Positions 25,647-38,698 of a stretch of 64,000 nucleotides of DNA are shown here, piece by piece. Source of the DNA: Phyllosticta citribraziliensis (Eukaryota). The stretch spans positions 1,922,001-1,986,000 of the forward strand of contig NW_027117345.1 of NCBI RefSeq assembly GCF_038025025.1, written 5' to 3'. Made by a program: the position numbers and the translations under genes. Below the pieces are notes generated by a model that ran no database searches, was not told where the DNA came from, and saw only the letters and a program-made list of their open reading frames with translations. Numbering within the stretch: the first letter of the stretch is position 1; each line of letters opens with the position of its first letter.

Positions 25647-28585
25647 ATGGACCAACAAGTCAACCACCTGAACCTCGAGACATCAGTCACGAATGCTCAA
25701 CCTACCTCGCCGTCACAGCACCCCGAGCCCGTCCGGCCCCAGAGCCTCTTTTCAGGCCCCATGGACCCTCAAAACAGCTTCCCGACTGCCTCCAATTCCT
25801 TGTTCGCTTCTGAGCCCACTCCCTATTCCTTTGCTCCCTCCTCGTCCCTGAACCCCTCCAGTAATCCGTGGAACTCCTCATTTGATGCCCCTCGCTCTGA
25901 TCAGGCTACGCCCGTCGCCAGCGCCGAAAAGGCCGTCGATGATCCCAGTGTGCCCGTGGGATACGTGAATAGGTTTTCCCATATCCGTCCCGATTACGAT
26001 ACCCCGGCCCACCTGAGTCGCATGTTTTCTGGTCCTGGACAGGCGTCTTCGAGAATGGATTCCTCTTCCCACAATACTCTTTGTAATTTCTTCCCATCGT
26101 GTTCCCCACATCCTTGCTAACAGCCGCAGCTGCCAATCCTACAATGGCTGGCCCGCTCCCGCGCCATCTTCTTGACCGAGGCCTCATCGAGGGAGTTCAC
26201 TCCGACATCACCATTATTGCCTTTGGAAAGAGCTACAGGCTCCATCGTCTCGTTCTGGATCAGGCCCCCTTTTTCAGATCAATGCTCACAGGACCTTGGC
26301 GTGAGAGCCGTTCAGGCCAAGTCGAACTACATCCCGAGGAAATCGACACGTGCATCACCGAAGCAGCCTTTGAGCTTACGCTGAAGCGTCTCTACGGCGG
26401 TGACATTTCTCAAGACGAGGATGACCACTGTCTGGGTCTTTTCGCAACTGCCTGCTGGCTGGACATGCAAGACCTGGTCGAAGTTAGCATCGATGCCATC
26501 CTACGTCGCATGCATCCCGACGGTCTGGCTCCGCTGATTAAACTGGTCACGCTCCAATACTATGGTCGGGCTGGCGAGAGAATACTAGCATCTGCCAAGG
26601 CCATGCTCTGTCGCGACGGATTTGAAATGCTGGACTCGAATTGGGACGACATTCCCAGCGAAATCATCCGCGAAATCGTGGGTGGAGACGGTTTCTTCGT
26701 CTTCGGGGAGTACTACAGGTGGCGTTTGGCCAAGCGAATCCTCAATCGCAAACTCAAGAATACAGCAATTGCGATGGGTCTGATCGACTCGACCAAGACG
26801 CGCAAGACCAAGGCTCCCGACGCACTGGGTCTCATGGCAGTGCGCTTCGACAGCGTCTATCGACAAAATTACATCACCACAGTCTCTGGCCAGGGCCAAG
26901 ACCCTAGTGGGCAACAGAGGTGGCTCTCGCTCTACACTCACCACGACATTGAGCCTTTGCTTGTGCTCTTGGAAGAAGGCATACACTACATCCATTTGAA
27001 TTTCGAACAGCTCCAGGGAATCCGAAAGACTCGTGACGTCTTCGACTTGCCCATGGTCTCGGAAAAGGCCATTACAAATGCACTCTGGATGCAAATGGAG
27101 CTGCGACAGCGCGTGGTTGCTGCAAAATCTGGAGATTTGGAACTCGGTCTCAGCCATCGAGCAGACAAGAGACGTGCAAACCTCAAGGCGAGCATGACGG
27201 CATCACAATCTGCAAAGGGCAAGGGTGCAGTCAGAGAAGTTCCCGAAATGGAAGAGGACGAAGACATGGACTCGGGTAGCTGGGACGCAAACGGCAGGCC
27301 CCGGAAGTTTTGGATCCCTAACAGCGATTGCAACATAGTCGTGGGAGCCTCTGCCTCACCGATCTTTTCAGCGTCTCTCCACAGCAACTCGTCGCGTCTT
27401 TCGGCCACATTGCAGCCTGAAGACGTGCAGTGGGCGAATGACTTCTCGGCGCCCCCTGATGCCAATCGGACCCACACTCCATTGCGCTCAGGCGCCAGAG
27501 ACGGCAGCCCCAAAGCTCGGCGCAAGGCTATATATTACACTCACTTTCCGCCATTTCGCTTCGCCGCCGAGTTTCCAAACCCCCGTCTACTCAAGGAAAA
27601 GAAGCGGGTGTACTCCCGCAGCGTCTTCTACGCCGGCTCGCTGTGGAACATTTACATTCAAAAAGTCAAGACCAACAAAGGCAACCAACTCGGCGTCTAC
27701 CTGCACCGCGTCAAAGAATCATCGCTCAGCCAAGAGACTCTCCCTGAATCCGACCAAGAAGCCTGGTACAGACGCATAGATCAGGATGCAGACATCATCA
27801 GGCGGCAATTGCGCCGCGAGATGCGCCAGCGCGAAAGACAGGCCGAGCAAATCGCCACGGCCATGATTGGCGTCGGCCAGCCAGGCGAAGACGGCAACGG
27901 GTCGGGCAGCAGCGGCGACGGCGACGCGTCGAGCCAGAGCAGAGGCCAAAGCCTCGACCTGCCGGCCAACATGGCACACTCGTCGCGCAGCGTCTACGAC
28001 GACGCCGAGATCGACGGCGCGCACGCAGGCGACACGTCAGAAGACGAGCAGTCGCAGTTCCCGACCGAGATCCACACGGCGCTGCCGCCGCGGCTGGGGC
28101 GCTCTGCGTCGACGGCGCTCGCCAAACACGGCCACGATGCGCACAACTCGGCGCTGCCGCAGTACATTGACGCGCGCCCGACCATCAAGACGTACTTCAA
28201 GATCTACTCGCCGTCCAAGGGCGGCCGGCTGCTGTCCGTGTACGAGAGCGCGCCCGACAAGTTCAACTTTAGCCAGAGTTGGGGGTGGAAGAGCAGCACG
28301 CTGATGCTGGACGACGCCGCGTCGGTTGTGTCCACCAATAACAACAACAACAATAACGACGCTGCTGCGGCGGCGGCCCAGGAACAGCAGCAGCAGCAGG
28401 ACCCCGACATCCTCGTTGCGACTGTGCCGGCCGATGCCATGGACATTGATGGCGCCGAGGCGGCGGCCGGCTCTGCGTCGTCGTCGGCGGAGGCGGCGCT
28501 GCGCTCGGCCAGCTGGAAGGAGCGCGGCGTGCGGAAGAAGGGCGACGGCCTGTTGCGCTTCATGGTCGTCATTGGGAATTTGTAA
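25647..28585 (+). CDS. BTB/POZ-domain protein with C-terminal MATH-like segment (putative Cul3 adaptor); intron about 26083-26129
   Basis: SDITIIAFGKSYRLHRLVLDQAPFFRSML..WRES (BTB). C-terminal PPFRFAAEF..YAGSLWNIYIQK..LGVYLHR..LLRFMVVIGNL. A GTAATT..GCTAAC..CAG intron joins the two ORFs. Confidence 0.88.
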
Positions 28586-29279
28586 AGAAGCGCGTTGGAG
28601 TTTTGTCTTGCTGGCTGGCTGGCTGGCTGGCTAGCTGGCGATGGACTGGCTGATTGGTGGTGGGTTTTTGTGTAGCGTCTGTCTGCCACGGTTGTCCTAT
28701 TTTTGTGCATGCTATCAAGCGGATGTCTGATTGATGGGAGGAGCACTTTGTCGTCGTTTGTGTGCGTGGCTCATGATCCCCCCGTTTCTTTTTCGTTTCT
28801 ACTTACCTTTCTTCCCTTGCGAGTGGAGAGAAGACTGTCTACCCGTCTATCTGATCATGTCTGTCTGCACTGCGACCCAGTGCTAGCCGAGTGCCGGCGG
28901 CTACCTACTGCACACAGATAGCACCTGGTTCTGTTTGCTCTTCGGCCGCGCCTCGTCTCGTTCCCTTCGCCTTTGGTTGGTCTTTACTGGAGGAGTTGTT
29001 GCTTGCTTGTTTGCGCGTTGGTCGGCCTGTCGGCCTGGCCTGTCGCTGATCACGCACAGCGTGTCCTTGAAGGGAGAATGCGGATTGGCGTGCATGCGTA
29101 CTTGTATCTATATACCCTTACCCTCGTCGACGGACGTGTTCATCTATCTCTGCCCATAAACCCTACCTACCTCATCCACATACACACACACAAACAACTC
29201 TATCGTTTGTCAAATATCACCGCACGCACATGAAGCAATGACTGCGTTATCAATGGACAGACAGGTCAGGAAGAACCGG

Positions 29280-29708
29280 CAGTGTTGTAAGCAATTCCAT
29301 AAGATTGCTCTTATTGCTTTATGGCGTTGCGCAACGTTGCGTAGCTCAACGCAATTAAGCCTACTTATAATGTAACGTTAATGCAATTACTTACTCTTAT
29401 AGATTGCCCTTATTGCCCTCATTACTTAAGGGTTAATTCTAGGGAATTATAGGAAATTCTGGGAAATCCTTGGTAGATTAGTAAGATTTTTAGGAAATAA
29501 TTACTTAATTTTTCTAAGTGGTATCAGCTTTTTCAAAATTCTGCCAGGCGGTAGGAAAATTATATAGGAAGGTAAATTAAAGCAATATAAGTGATTCCAC
29601 GCAATCTAACCTCTTTATTGCGCAACGCAATTGACGTAGCTAGTTGCGCTGGGCAATTCCACGCAATCAGAGTCGATATTGCGTTGCGTTGCGTTGCTTA
29701 CAACACTG
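29280..29708. mobile_element. Non-autonomous DNA transposon (MITE) with hAT-type ends
   Basis: Perfect 15-bp TIRs CAGTGTTGTAAGCAA (29280-29294) and TTGCTTACAACACTG (29694-29708). 8-bp TSD AGAACCGG at 29272-29279 and 29709-29716. AT-rich interior with no ORF; subterminal ACGCAA/TTGCGT repeats. Confidence 0.92.
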
Positions 29709-29822
29709 AGAACCGGTTACGTATGCGGTACGATACCTTAGCTAAGAATGGATGCAGATGCAGAAAATGAAAAGCCCTGACGCCGCTCCTGGAAGGGAGA
29801 TTCTACATGCGACATGCAATGT

Positions 29823-29870
29823 GGTAGCAAGGTAGCAAGGTAGCAAGGTAGCAGGTTAGCAAGGTAGCAA
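29823..29870. repeat. Short tandem repeat (GGTAGCAA) x about 6, imperfect
   Basis: ggtagcaaggtagcaaggtagcaaggtagcaggttagcaaggtagcaa. Confidence 0.85.
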
Positions 29871-30083
29871 ATACCGCCAGTCAGTCTCTAGGAACTCCAC
29901 GCCCATCGCGCCGCGTCGCGTCGCGTGCTTCTATCCGTCTCTTCCGTGCGCCAGCCGTAACGTGAGCAAGAGAAAAGAAAGAGAGAAAAGAAAAGAAAAA
30001 CGAAGAAAGAAGAAGGGAGATCGGATGGAAAAGATGGAAAGGAAGCAGCAACAACAACAACAACAACACCAGCACAACCAAGC

Positions 30084-32023
30084 CTACAGCAGCCCATCAG
30101 GCGCACCCGCATCCCCCAAAACCCGCGCACACATGACCTTGTCGCAAGCCAGCAGCGCGCGCTCAAAGCGGCCCAGCGGCTCCTCCCGCAACACCTTGCG
30201 CACGCGCATCTCCTCGACATCGACACCGGCGCGGCGATCGGCGCCGTCGTACAGGACCCAGCGCCAGCAGCGCTCCGCAGCGGTCCGCGGGACGCCATTG
30301 ATCTCGACGTCGAGCGCGAGCAGCGCCGCCGCCGGGCCCTCGTTGTCCAGGTCCTCGTCGTCGCGGAACGGCACGCCGGGCGCCTCGAGCACGTAGCCGG
30401 CCTTGACGAGCGCGGCGGCGCCATACGTGCCTTTGCCGTCGTAGGAGCGGCCGCTGCCGCTGGCGAGGCGGATGCGCACGCTGCTGTGGATGCTTTCGCG
30501 CGTGTCGCGCAGCGGCCGCGAGAAGTCCGGTTTGCCCGTGCTGTAGTTGGTCGCGGCGTACAGGCCGGGCGTGCGTGATGCGAGGCCTGCTAGGCAGGTG
30601 AGGCTGGCTGCGCTGTTGTAGAGGCGTGTTAGGCCCCAGTGCGGGCCCGTCGGGTCGAGGTTGTCGTTGTGGTGTTTGGTCGTGTGTCTTCTGCGCGGTG
30701 GTTGCTGTGGTGGTGTTGGCTGCGGATTGAGCGTCGGATGCGGCGTTGGGCGACGGTTGATGCCGACGTAGTTAGTCGTGGTCGAGTGGTGGTGAGCGAG
30801 ATACGTGGGCAACGTGCGAGCGCGCTGATGGGCGGCGGCGGCGGCGGCATTCTGCTCGACATAAAAGTCCCTGTTCTGCGCCCAGGCTTTGGCGAGGTAC
30901 GTCTCGTCGAACTCGATGCCGACGGCCGGCTGCGCCAGTTGGTCCATCATCCAGGCCAGCGTGATGTCGGCCAGCCCCGTGTCCTCGTAGCTGCCGCCGA
31001 CGTTGGAGTGCACGCCCGGAAACCACACTTGCTTGACGACCGTCTTGCAGTTTTCGGGCCGCGACCACACGGCCGGACTGTACGCCGTTCGCCGCTCGTC
31101 TAAGGCCAGCGCTTGGAATGCAAACTCAATGTGGTCTCCGAGTGACGTGTCCATGAAGCGGTAGGGGTGGAGCGGATGCAAAAAGGCGGGCACGCCGAGG
31201 CTCTGAAGCCACGGAGTAGTAGGAATGCCGAGGGCGCCTTTGACCGTGAATCAGCCTTGATATCACTTGAGCTGAAACAGCAAAACCGAACTTCACTTAC
31301 CGACAGTGTCCCAGACTCCAACCGCCTTGATCTTGACGTCACGGGTCAGGCCCATTCTCAGTTCCATAAGCTCCCTCTTGTATCCGTCCAAATACTCATC
31401 CACCTTCGTGGTATCGACCTTGTCAAGCTCAAACTCATGCAGATCGAGCTTGATCGAGGGATCGTAGCCTTCCTGTCCAGCATTCTGCCAGTCCTCAAAG
31501 ACACGAGAAAAGTACGACAAGCCGTTCTTGGTCAGCAAACCCATGCCGCCAATCAGGCCGGCGATGCAGCGGGCCGTAAAGGCGCCCCTGGAGAAGCCAA
31601 TCAGGTAGATGGAGTCGCCGTCGGTGTAGTTGTTGGCCAGGAAGCTGTATGCTTCGCGCACGTTTTCCGACAGTCCGGCTCCGATGCCGCCGCCGATGAT
31701 GTGGTCGACCCAGCTGGTGCCGCAGCCCACGCCTGCTTGGTAATAGACGATCTGTGGGTGGTCTTGTGAGTCTTCGACCAGAATGGCCCGTCCGATGCGT
31801 GTCACGTTGGAGGGCGTCTGGAGTTCCCATTTCGGGGACAGCCAGGTGCCTTCGTTTATGATGCCGTTGTCCGAGTCCATCCATGTTCCTGCAAGAAGTC
31901 AGCACGGCGATGCAGGGTTGCAAATGGACAAGACGGCGGGAAGAGAGAAAGAGGTACTCAAAACTTACCATCACAGCACACAATGAGCTTCTTTGGCTTT
32001 TTCATAATCTGATGCGACCCCAT
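30084..32023 (-). CDS. DUF2235 / Tle1-like alpha/beta-hydrolase (putative phospholipase); 3 exons
   Basis: Spliced KKLIVCCDG-TWMDSD, PSNVTRI, YYQAGVG, IYLIGFSRGAFTAR (GxSxG), VGVWDTVG-ALGIP, QALALDERR and QVWFPGVHSNVGG. The start could be ATG 32023 or 32005. Confidence 0.92.
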
Positions 32024-33612
32024 TTTGGCAACAAAAACGTTGGCACTCTGAAGCTTGCGAGCGAATCGTCACTAGCCCTTGTGGGGCGAGTAGAGACAGA
32101 GCCTCAGCCTCGACTGGGATTGGCGAATGAGAAAGCAGAGAAAATGACTGAACGAGGGTGGAAGGATGAAGAAATGACTCGGAGATCGAGGCACTGCCGC
32201 CAGTTGTTGCCATTCGGGGCAGGCAGCAAGAGAAAATCCTCAGCCTTATAACAACGACCATGGCAAGTCGTCGAAAGGGCAGATTCTCCCCCGTCTGCAG
32301 CCAATCTGGCCCCATCGGATCCAAACCAAAGCAGCGCAGCCTCCGACCAACACCGACCGACTGGCAAGGCTGTCGCTGGCGCCATTCTACTAATTTTACC
32401 ATCCGACGCACATGGATTGGTAACCACCTCTCCCATACCTGCCTATCCCACCTACCTAGCTTTTGAGCCCTACCTTACCTTAGTTGTAGCTTATCTCACA
32501 TGGTCCCCTCCATGGCAGCCATTGGCCTATCGCAGTCACCAAATCTTCTGTCGTCCTACCCGAGATCGCGCCCCGTCTGCCGTCATCCGTCGCTACCATC
32601 GAGGGGAGCGGAGCCTCGTGAGGCAGGCACAGCTTGGCATGCTCACAGCCTGACGACGCATTTCGTCGGTTTGCCTTCACTGCCACCACTACCACCACGG
32701 ATCGCTGTTGATCTTCTTATGGAATGTCAGTGTGCTTCGCCGCCTTTCTGGTGTTACGACAGTCGCAGCATCGTCCCCGCCAAGACGGTGTGCAAATAGT
32801 CTGTCGAGAGTCCGCCTACACACTCGATACAAGCCACCTATTGTCCTTTATAGACAGCGTCCTGAGGTCTGACGGCGGTGACGGTGTTCGGAGAACGCCA
32901 TGCCGCCCAAGTTTGATGCGTACCAACCTACCTTGACCGACAAACGCCGGCGCCTGCAAAGTGTCTTCTCGAAGCAATTTTTCTTCCAGGCTTCATTCAG
33001 CTGGGCAAGGCTCCAGCGCCTGCAAAAATACCATATACCATATACAGGCAAGTCCAGCGCCGATCCAGCCTCGCGCACCCTCCACCATTCAAGACAAGCA
33101 AGCCAAGATGTTCCGCGAAACGCCTTCGGAGTGTCGAGCTGCGAGGTGCGGCAGTGGTAAGGCTGAGCAGCGACGTTGTCGGGAGAGGAGAGAAAAAAGA
33201 AGGTCAAGTATTGGAGGGCATGCGAGGGCGGATAACGGCATCTGGGCGTGCGGCTGATGAGCGCTCGAGGTCTAGTAGTCGGCCGCCATGGTGTGTGGCG
33301 CGGCGGGAAGTGACGCAAAGGCAGCAGGGTTGGAGTAAGCGGCGGGGTCGCGAGGGGTCAGACGGCGTCGGCAGTGGGCAATGTTTCTGGGATGCTTCAA
33401 TATTTGAGGGGTGGGTGAGATGAGCGTTGGAAGATGGGGGCGATGATGGAAGGTCAGCGACTGACGTCGGAGTAGTAGTGAAGTGAGGTTCCTGAAGAAC
33501 AGGGATCATCCATTTCGCGGGCGGGAGGAAGACGCACATCTCCCGGCGTGCCCGGTTCTGCCGACCACAACCCAACGACACACAAATTTCATCCACCTAA
33601 CCAAACAAACGC

Positions 33613-35531
33613 CTAGCTACTTGCCTGCCTCGCATCCTCCTTGATCATGTCGGCCGCCTTCTCTGCGACGGCGTACACAGTCGCCTGGATATTCCCAAGC
33701 GTCTCGAGCGGAAAGATGCTCGCGTCGACAACCCTCAAACCCTTGGTGCCGTGAACCCTCAACCGCTCGTCTACAACGCCACCCAGCTTCCTCGGCATCA
33801 TTGCGCACGTTCCAGATGGGTGGAAGCAAGTCCACGCGCGCTGCTTTGCAAGCTCCTTGGCTGCGTCCAGATCATCCAACACGTCCGCCGCATTCGCAGG
33901 CAATGTCCTGCCGCCGTTCTTGATCACCGCGCTGAAAGGACCACTCCGCGCAAGTCTCTCAATGAACTGCGTTTGCCGCCCCAGCAGCTCCAAGTCGACC
34001 GGATGGCTGAGGTAGCGTGGGTCGATGCGTGGAGCCTTGGTCGGGTCTGCTGATGTTATGTGCACGTCTCCGCGCGAGAAGGGGTGGTTGAGAATGGCAA
34101 CAATGGTAACGTAGTTGCCAGGCGTGCTTGGGGCCAGTAGCTGCTGCATCGTCGTCGGTCCAGGGCTTGTGTTGAGCTGAAGCGGGAGAAACATGTATTC
34201 GACCGTGGATTCCTTTGGATTCGCTACGCGCGAACGCAAGAGGGAGTACTGCTCGTCTTTGGCGGGAAAAGACGGGTAAGGAACGCTGTCGAGGTGAGTG
34301 GAGAGCAGCTGGGAGACTTGTGGAGAAGGCACTGCGCCATTTGCGTCGACGGTGGGAAGATACGCAATCGACAACAGAGTTCCGGCCAGAGGACCGCTAT
34401 GAGTCTCCTTGTACTGCTGCAGGACAGCCCCGAGAAGGGCTGGGTCGCGCAGATTGTCTGCAGACAGTTGGTCGTCGGCAATCTCGTAGCTGATGGCCGA
34501 GAGAACATGGTCTTGAAGGTTTTCGCCTACGCCAGGAAGGTCGAGGACGACCGGAATCCCATGTTTTTTCAACACCTCTTCGTTTCCAACACCACTGAGT
34601 TCGAGCAGCTGCGGGGACTGGATCGAACCGGCCGCCAGGATCACTTCTCCGCCCGCTTTGACTCGGAACGTCTTGGGCTGGCCGTCTTTGGTCTTGACTA
34701 CGACCCCTGTGGCCGTCACCGAGCCCTCGGAGTCGGACGCCAGCTCAATCTTTTCAACGAGCGTCTCTGTCAAGAGTTTCAGGTTGGACCTGCTTGAAAC
34801 GTCATCGGTGAAGTATGCCGACGCTGAATACTCCCTGGTCCTGTTGATTGGGTCGATGCAGACGGGGTCGGTGAAGGCACCAAGCTTCTCGCCTGCGATT
34901 GGATCCCCTGGAAGATGGAAACCGAGCTCCTTGAAGCCCTTGACCCACGCTTCGTTGAAAGGCGAGTACCCATCTGGAATGGTCACTTTCAAGGGCCCAC
35001 TCGTGCCCTGCAGCTTCTCGTCCATGTAATCGTCTAGCAACAACTGTTTCTTGGTGGCCTCAGATGCCGGGATAAAGGTATGGAACTTGCGCAGGTACGG
35101 CGCCATGCCCTTGGCGTCCCAGCCATCGTTTCCCAGCGCCGACCAGGACTCAAAGTCGGCCTTGCTGGGGTAGAGAATGGCGGAAAAATTGATTGCAGAG
35201 GACCCTCCCAGCAGTCGGCCACGGGGGCAAGCAATCTGTCGTCCATCTAATCCGGCCTACTGAATCAGTTTCGGACCATCTGACTCGTCTTTGCGGGAAG
35301 CTATACCTGAGGCTCTGTCATAAATGCCCAATCGTAGCTGGGATCCTCGTACAGGGTCGTCATCATTCCCGGCGTGTCGACCCTTTCATCCCCCTTGCGA
35401 TTTGCGCCCGCCTCAATGACCAAGACGGACTTTTGGTTCTCGGCATCTTCAGTGAGGCGAGCAGCTAGGACAAGTCCTGCCGTACCACCGCCAACAATGA
35501 TGTAGTCGAATACGCTTTCTTCAATGGACAT
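33613..35531 (-). CDS. GMC oxidoreductase with no signal peptide (likely intracellular); intron 35257-35306
   Basis: FDYIIVGGGTAGLVLAARL..VIEAG; PRGRLLGGSSAINF; EVILAAGSIQSPQLLELSGVG; GVGENLQDH; FHPSGTCAM; LRVVDAS; GNIQATVYAVAEKAAD (His/Asn pair). Confidence 0.95.
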
Positions 35532-36398
35532 TTTGGACCGATGTGCATGAATGAAGCAAGGTTAGTACCGAACCCAACTTATGCGTTTCGCACGGCTTAA
35601 ATGCTGGCTGGCCAGCGGCGCGAGTCAATAGGAGTTGATAGTGGAGCGACCCGGGACTGTTCAGCGGGAGGAGTGCATATCTCCGGCCAGCCATGCGGAA
35701 CGGGACGAGATCGTCGTGGTGTTGTACTTGAAGCGTCAACCAACGAGTCAGGACCACCGGGACCAGAACCACACCCCCGGGCATCCTCGAATAGGACGTC
35801 GACGCACATGAATCTTCACGAAGAAAACGTTCTACGGGATTCGTCGTTTCATTGCCCATTATTGGCTCAAAGTTTCAGGGGTTCGGCAATTTGCAACTGT
35901 GCCGCATCCTATCCTGGGAATGATGGGCCCACTGGAAAAAAGTCTAATACCCACTATACAGAAGATGTCCATTCACCGTATTTGCTTTGAGCCTGACGAC
36001 CGGCTCACTCCATCTGCACAGAAATCAAAGTTTGATGGACGATACTGGCGAGGGATGTGCATAGTCGCCTCGCCAGCCGCGTAAATCTGCCATGTGCGCA
36101 CATGTCCGATTTCTGCGACGCCAAACCCTTAAGATGGACTCACAATGGGGCCTCAGATCAGAAAGGGCAAGAGATGCCCCTGGGACATGGAAGCGAGTGG
36201 TCGCTGACCGTCGGTTTCCAACGAAAGCCTCACTGTCGCAAACCTTACCACGACGCGACCACGGCCATGACTCCTGCACCACTCGTCGGACCATATCAAC
36301 GCACACAAGCCTCCCGCCACTGATTCTCTCCATATGGCGATCTTCAGGCAGCTGAACTCACCACCTACGCCACGGAATCGCCTTTTGCCAGCGTCACC

Positions 36399-37805
36399 AT
36401 GGTCACCACGTACCCGATCGGCCAATTCGCAGATGTCAGAGCCCAACTGTGGGTGGCCGCGGTTCTGCTCTTCTCGGCCACTGCGCTGGTCTGCCTCCGT
36501 TTCGTGTCACGCGCCATGAAGCATTCGAAATTCGGCTTGGACGACTACTTTTGCCTGCTCGCTCTGGTAAAGTTTGTAACTCATCCCAATACGACGTCGG
36601 GCTGACCGCTGGCTAGGTAGCCGTCTACGGCATCGTAGGCATTGCATTTGCCTGGGCAGCTTTGGGAATGGGCGTCCATATCAAGTACATGCCAGCGGAC
36701 AACCTGTTCCTCATATTAAAGGTGCAAAACAAAACCTCCATACCGACTGGTGACGGAGCTCGCTGCTAACACCAGCCGTCCTAGATGCTCATACCGTTCC
36801 AATTCTGCTACGGCATCGCCATCGCGTCGGTCAAGTGCTCGTACCTCTTCTTCTACCTGCGCATCTTCCCGCACGCGCGGCTGCAGCTGCTGGCGTACCT
36901 GTGCATGGCCGTGGTGCTGGCGTGGTGGGTCGGCAACGTGCTGCAGATATTCCTCATGTGCCGGCCGTTTGCGAAGAACTGGAACAACGCGCTGCCGGGC
37001 CGCTGCGGCAACCGGCCCATCGGCTTCACCATCATCGGCGCCCTCAACATGGTCACGGACGTCGTCATCATCTTGCTGCCGCTGCCGTGGGTGCGCCGGC
37101 TGCAGATGCCGCGACGCGCCAAGATGGGGTTGTATTTGATGTTTGGCATCGGCTTGTTGTGCGTCTCTCTCTCTCTCTCTCTCTCTCTCTTCCCTTAAAC
37201 TGACCCTTCCAACCCATTTCTTTCTTGCTTGCTTGCTTGCTCGCTTGCTTGATGAATTGCATACTGACGCCCATCTAGCATCACAGCCGTCAGCATCATC
37301 CGCATGCGCGTCCTCTCCACGCTCAACTTCGCCGACATCTCCTTCGACATGAAGCAAAGCTGCGCCTGGACCTTCATCGAAACCAGCGTCGCCGTCATCA
37401 ACTCCTGCATCCCCATGCTGCGGCCCCTCTTCTCGCGCTTCTTCCACCCCACCCCCGCAAACTCGGCCGCCGACAAGAGCGGCTCGGGCTTCAGCGGCGC
37501 GGGCGCCAGCGCCGGCGCGGACGGCAGCTATCATTTGCGCACCGTTGGCGGTGGTGGTGGTGGCGGCGGTGTTGGCGGTGTTGGTTGTGGTCGGCGCTCT
37601 GGTTCGAAGAACTTTGTCCGCCTGTCGAGTGAAGTCGGCGACGCGGCGGCCGTCGAGGGCGTGCGCGTCAGCCTGGACAAGCGCGACGTCCTCGTCGTCG
37701 AGCAGCAACAGCAACAGTCGTGGCATTCTCACCAGCAGCACGTCGATATCGACATCGAGAGCGGGATCGAAGTCATCGTCGAGCGCCATCGCGTCGTGGC
37801 AGGGA

Positions 37806-37845
<40 letters not shown>

Positions 37846-37927
37846 GCTGGACGACAAGATGGAACGACGAGAGAGCGTCGTCGTCGGCGATGAGAGCTCG
37901 CAGAGGCGTATCTTGCATGCTTTATGA
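36399..37927 (+). CDS. PTH11-like (rhodopsin-domain) integral membrane protein without CFEM; 4 exons
   Basis: LRFVSR..FGLDDY, GMGVHI, VKCSYLFFYLRIF, FLMCRP, TDVVIILLPLP and WTFIETSVAVINSCIP. Introns about 36567-36616, 36722-36784 and 37160-37277. Confidence 0.9.
37806..37845. repeat. (GGC)n trinucleotide run encoding poly-Gly in the receptor tail
   Basis: About 12 GGC units. Confidence 0.9.
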
Positions 37928-37954
37928 CAGATGAATTTGATACCCGGGCACCGA

Positions 37955-38469
37955 TTGTGTGCTTGTTGGCGATGCAGGACTGAGACTGAGTGAGACTGAG
38001 ACGGGGGCTGCTTGCTTGCCAGGTGGTCATCCCCGTTGTGTCGTTGTCCTGGCGTTACTGTGTACATGCGTGCGAATCCCCCCTTTAGTGATTTTGTCTC
38101 GCCTGCTTCTCGACATCGACATGTATGCCCACCAGCCTGTTTATCTCGTCTGCTTCCGACCTCTGCCAGACGCCATCCTCTGCTCCGTCCCGGCTTACGC
38201 ACAGTTCTTGGATGAGGAGTGACATTTTCAACTACCAAACCGCATCGAAAAGAAGGATACGTCTTGTGTGCTCACTGGCCTTGCAGGTCTGAGACTGAGA
38301 AGGGGCTGCTTGCTAGGTGGTCGTCTGTTGCGTCATTGTCCTTGTATGAATATGTGCGTGCATGCGTTCGTTCCGAACCCCTTTCAGTGTTTTCGTTTTG
38401 TTTTGCCTGCCCCTCGACATTGACATGTATGCCTACTGCCTTGTTAATCCGTCTCCTTCCGACCTCTGC
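37955..38469. repeat. Diverged direct repeat of about 210 bp (copies about 37955-38167 and 38265-38469)
   Basis: Shared blocks in the same order: TGCAGG.CTGAGACTGAG, GGGGCTGCTTGCT, AGGTGGTC, CTCGACAT.GACATGTATGCC and CTTCCGACCTCTGC. Confidence 0.85.
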
Positions 38470-38698
38470 TCGCTTGCGGATCAAACTACACTGGCTCACG
38501 CCCAGGTCTCGCATTTGACTACCAATCAACAAGAAGGACGCAAAGGATATAAAAGCCATTCCATGGTACGTACGAGCGAAACTTTTTTCTGTAGCCTAAC
38601 GACCCAACAATTGGTTCAATCACATACACAGCGCCAGCACAACAACCGAAGAAACCCCACCAAGGTAAACCCCAAGTAGCCCCTTGCCGCAAGCAATG

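Noticed and set aside
30084..32023. Tle1-like gene as a bacterial T6SS effector or recent horizontal transfer
   Set aside because: It has spliceosomal introns, and DUF2235 proteins are common in fungi.
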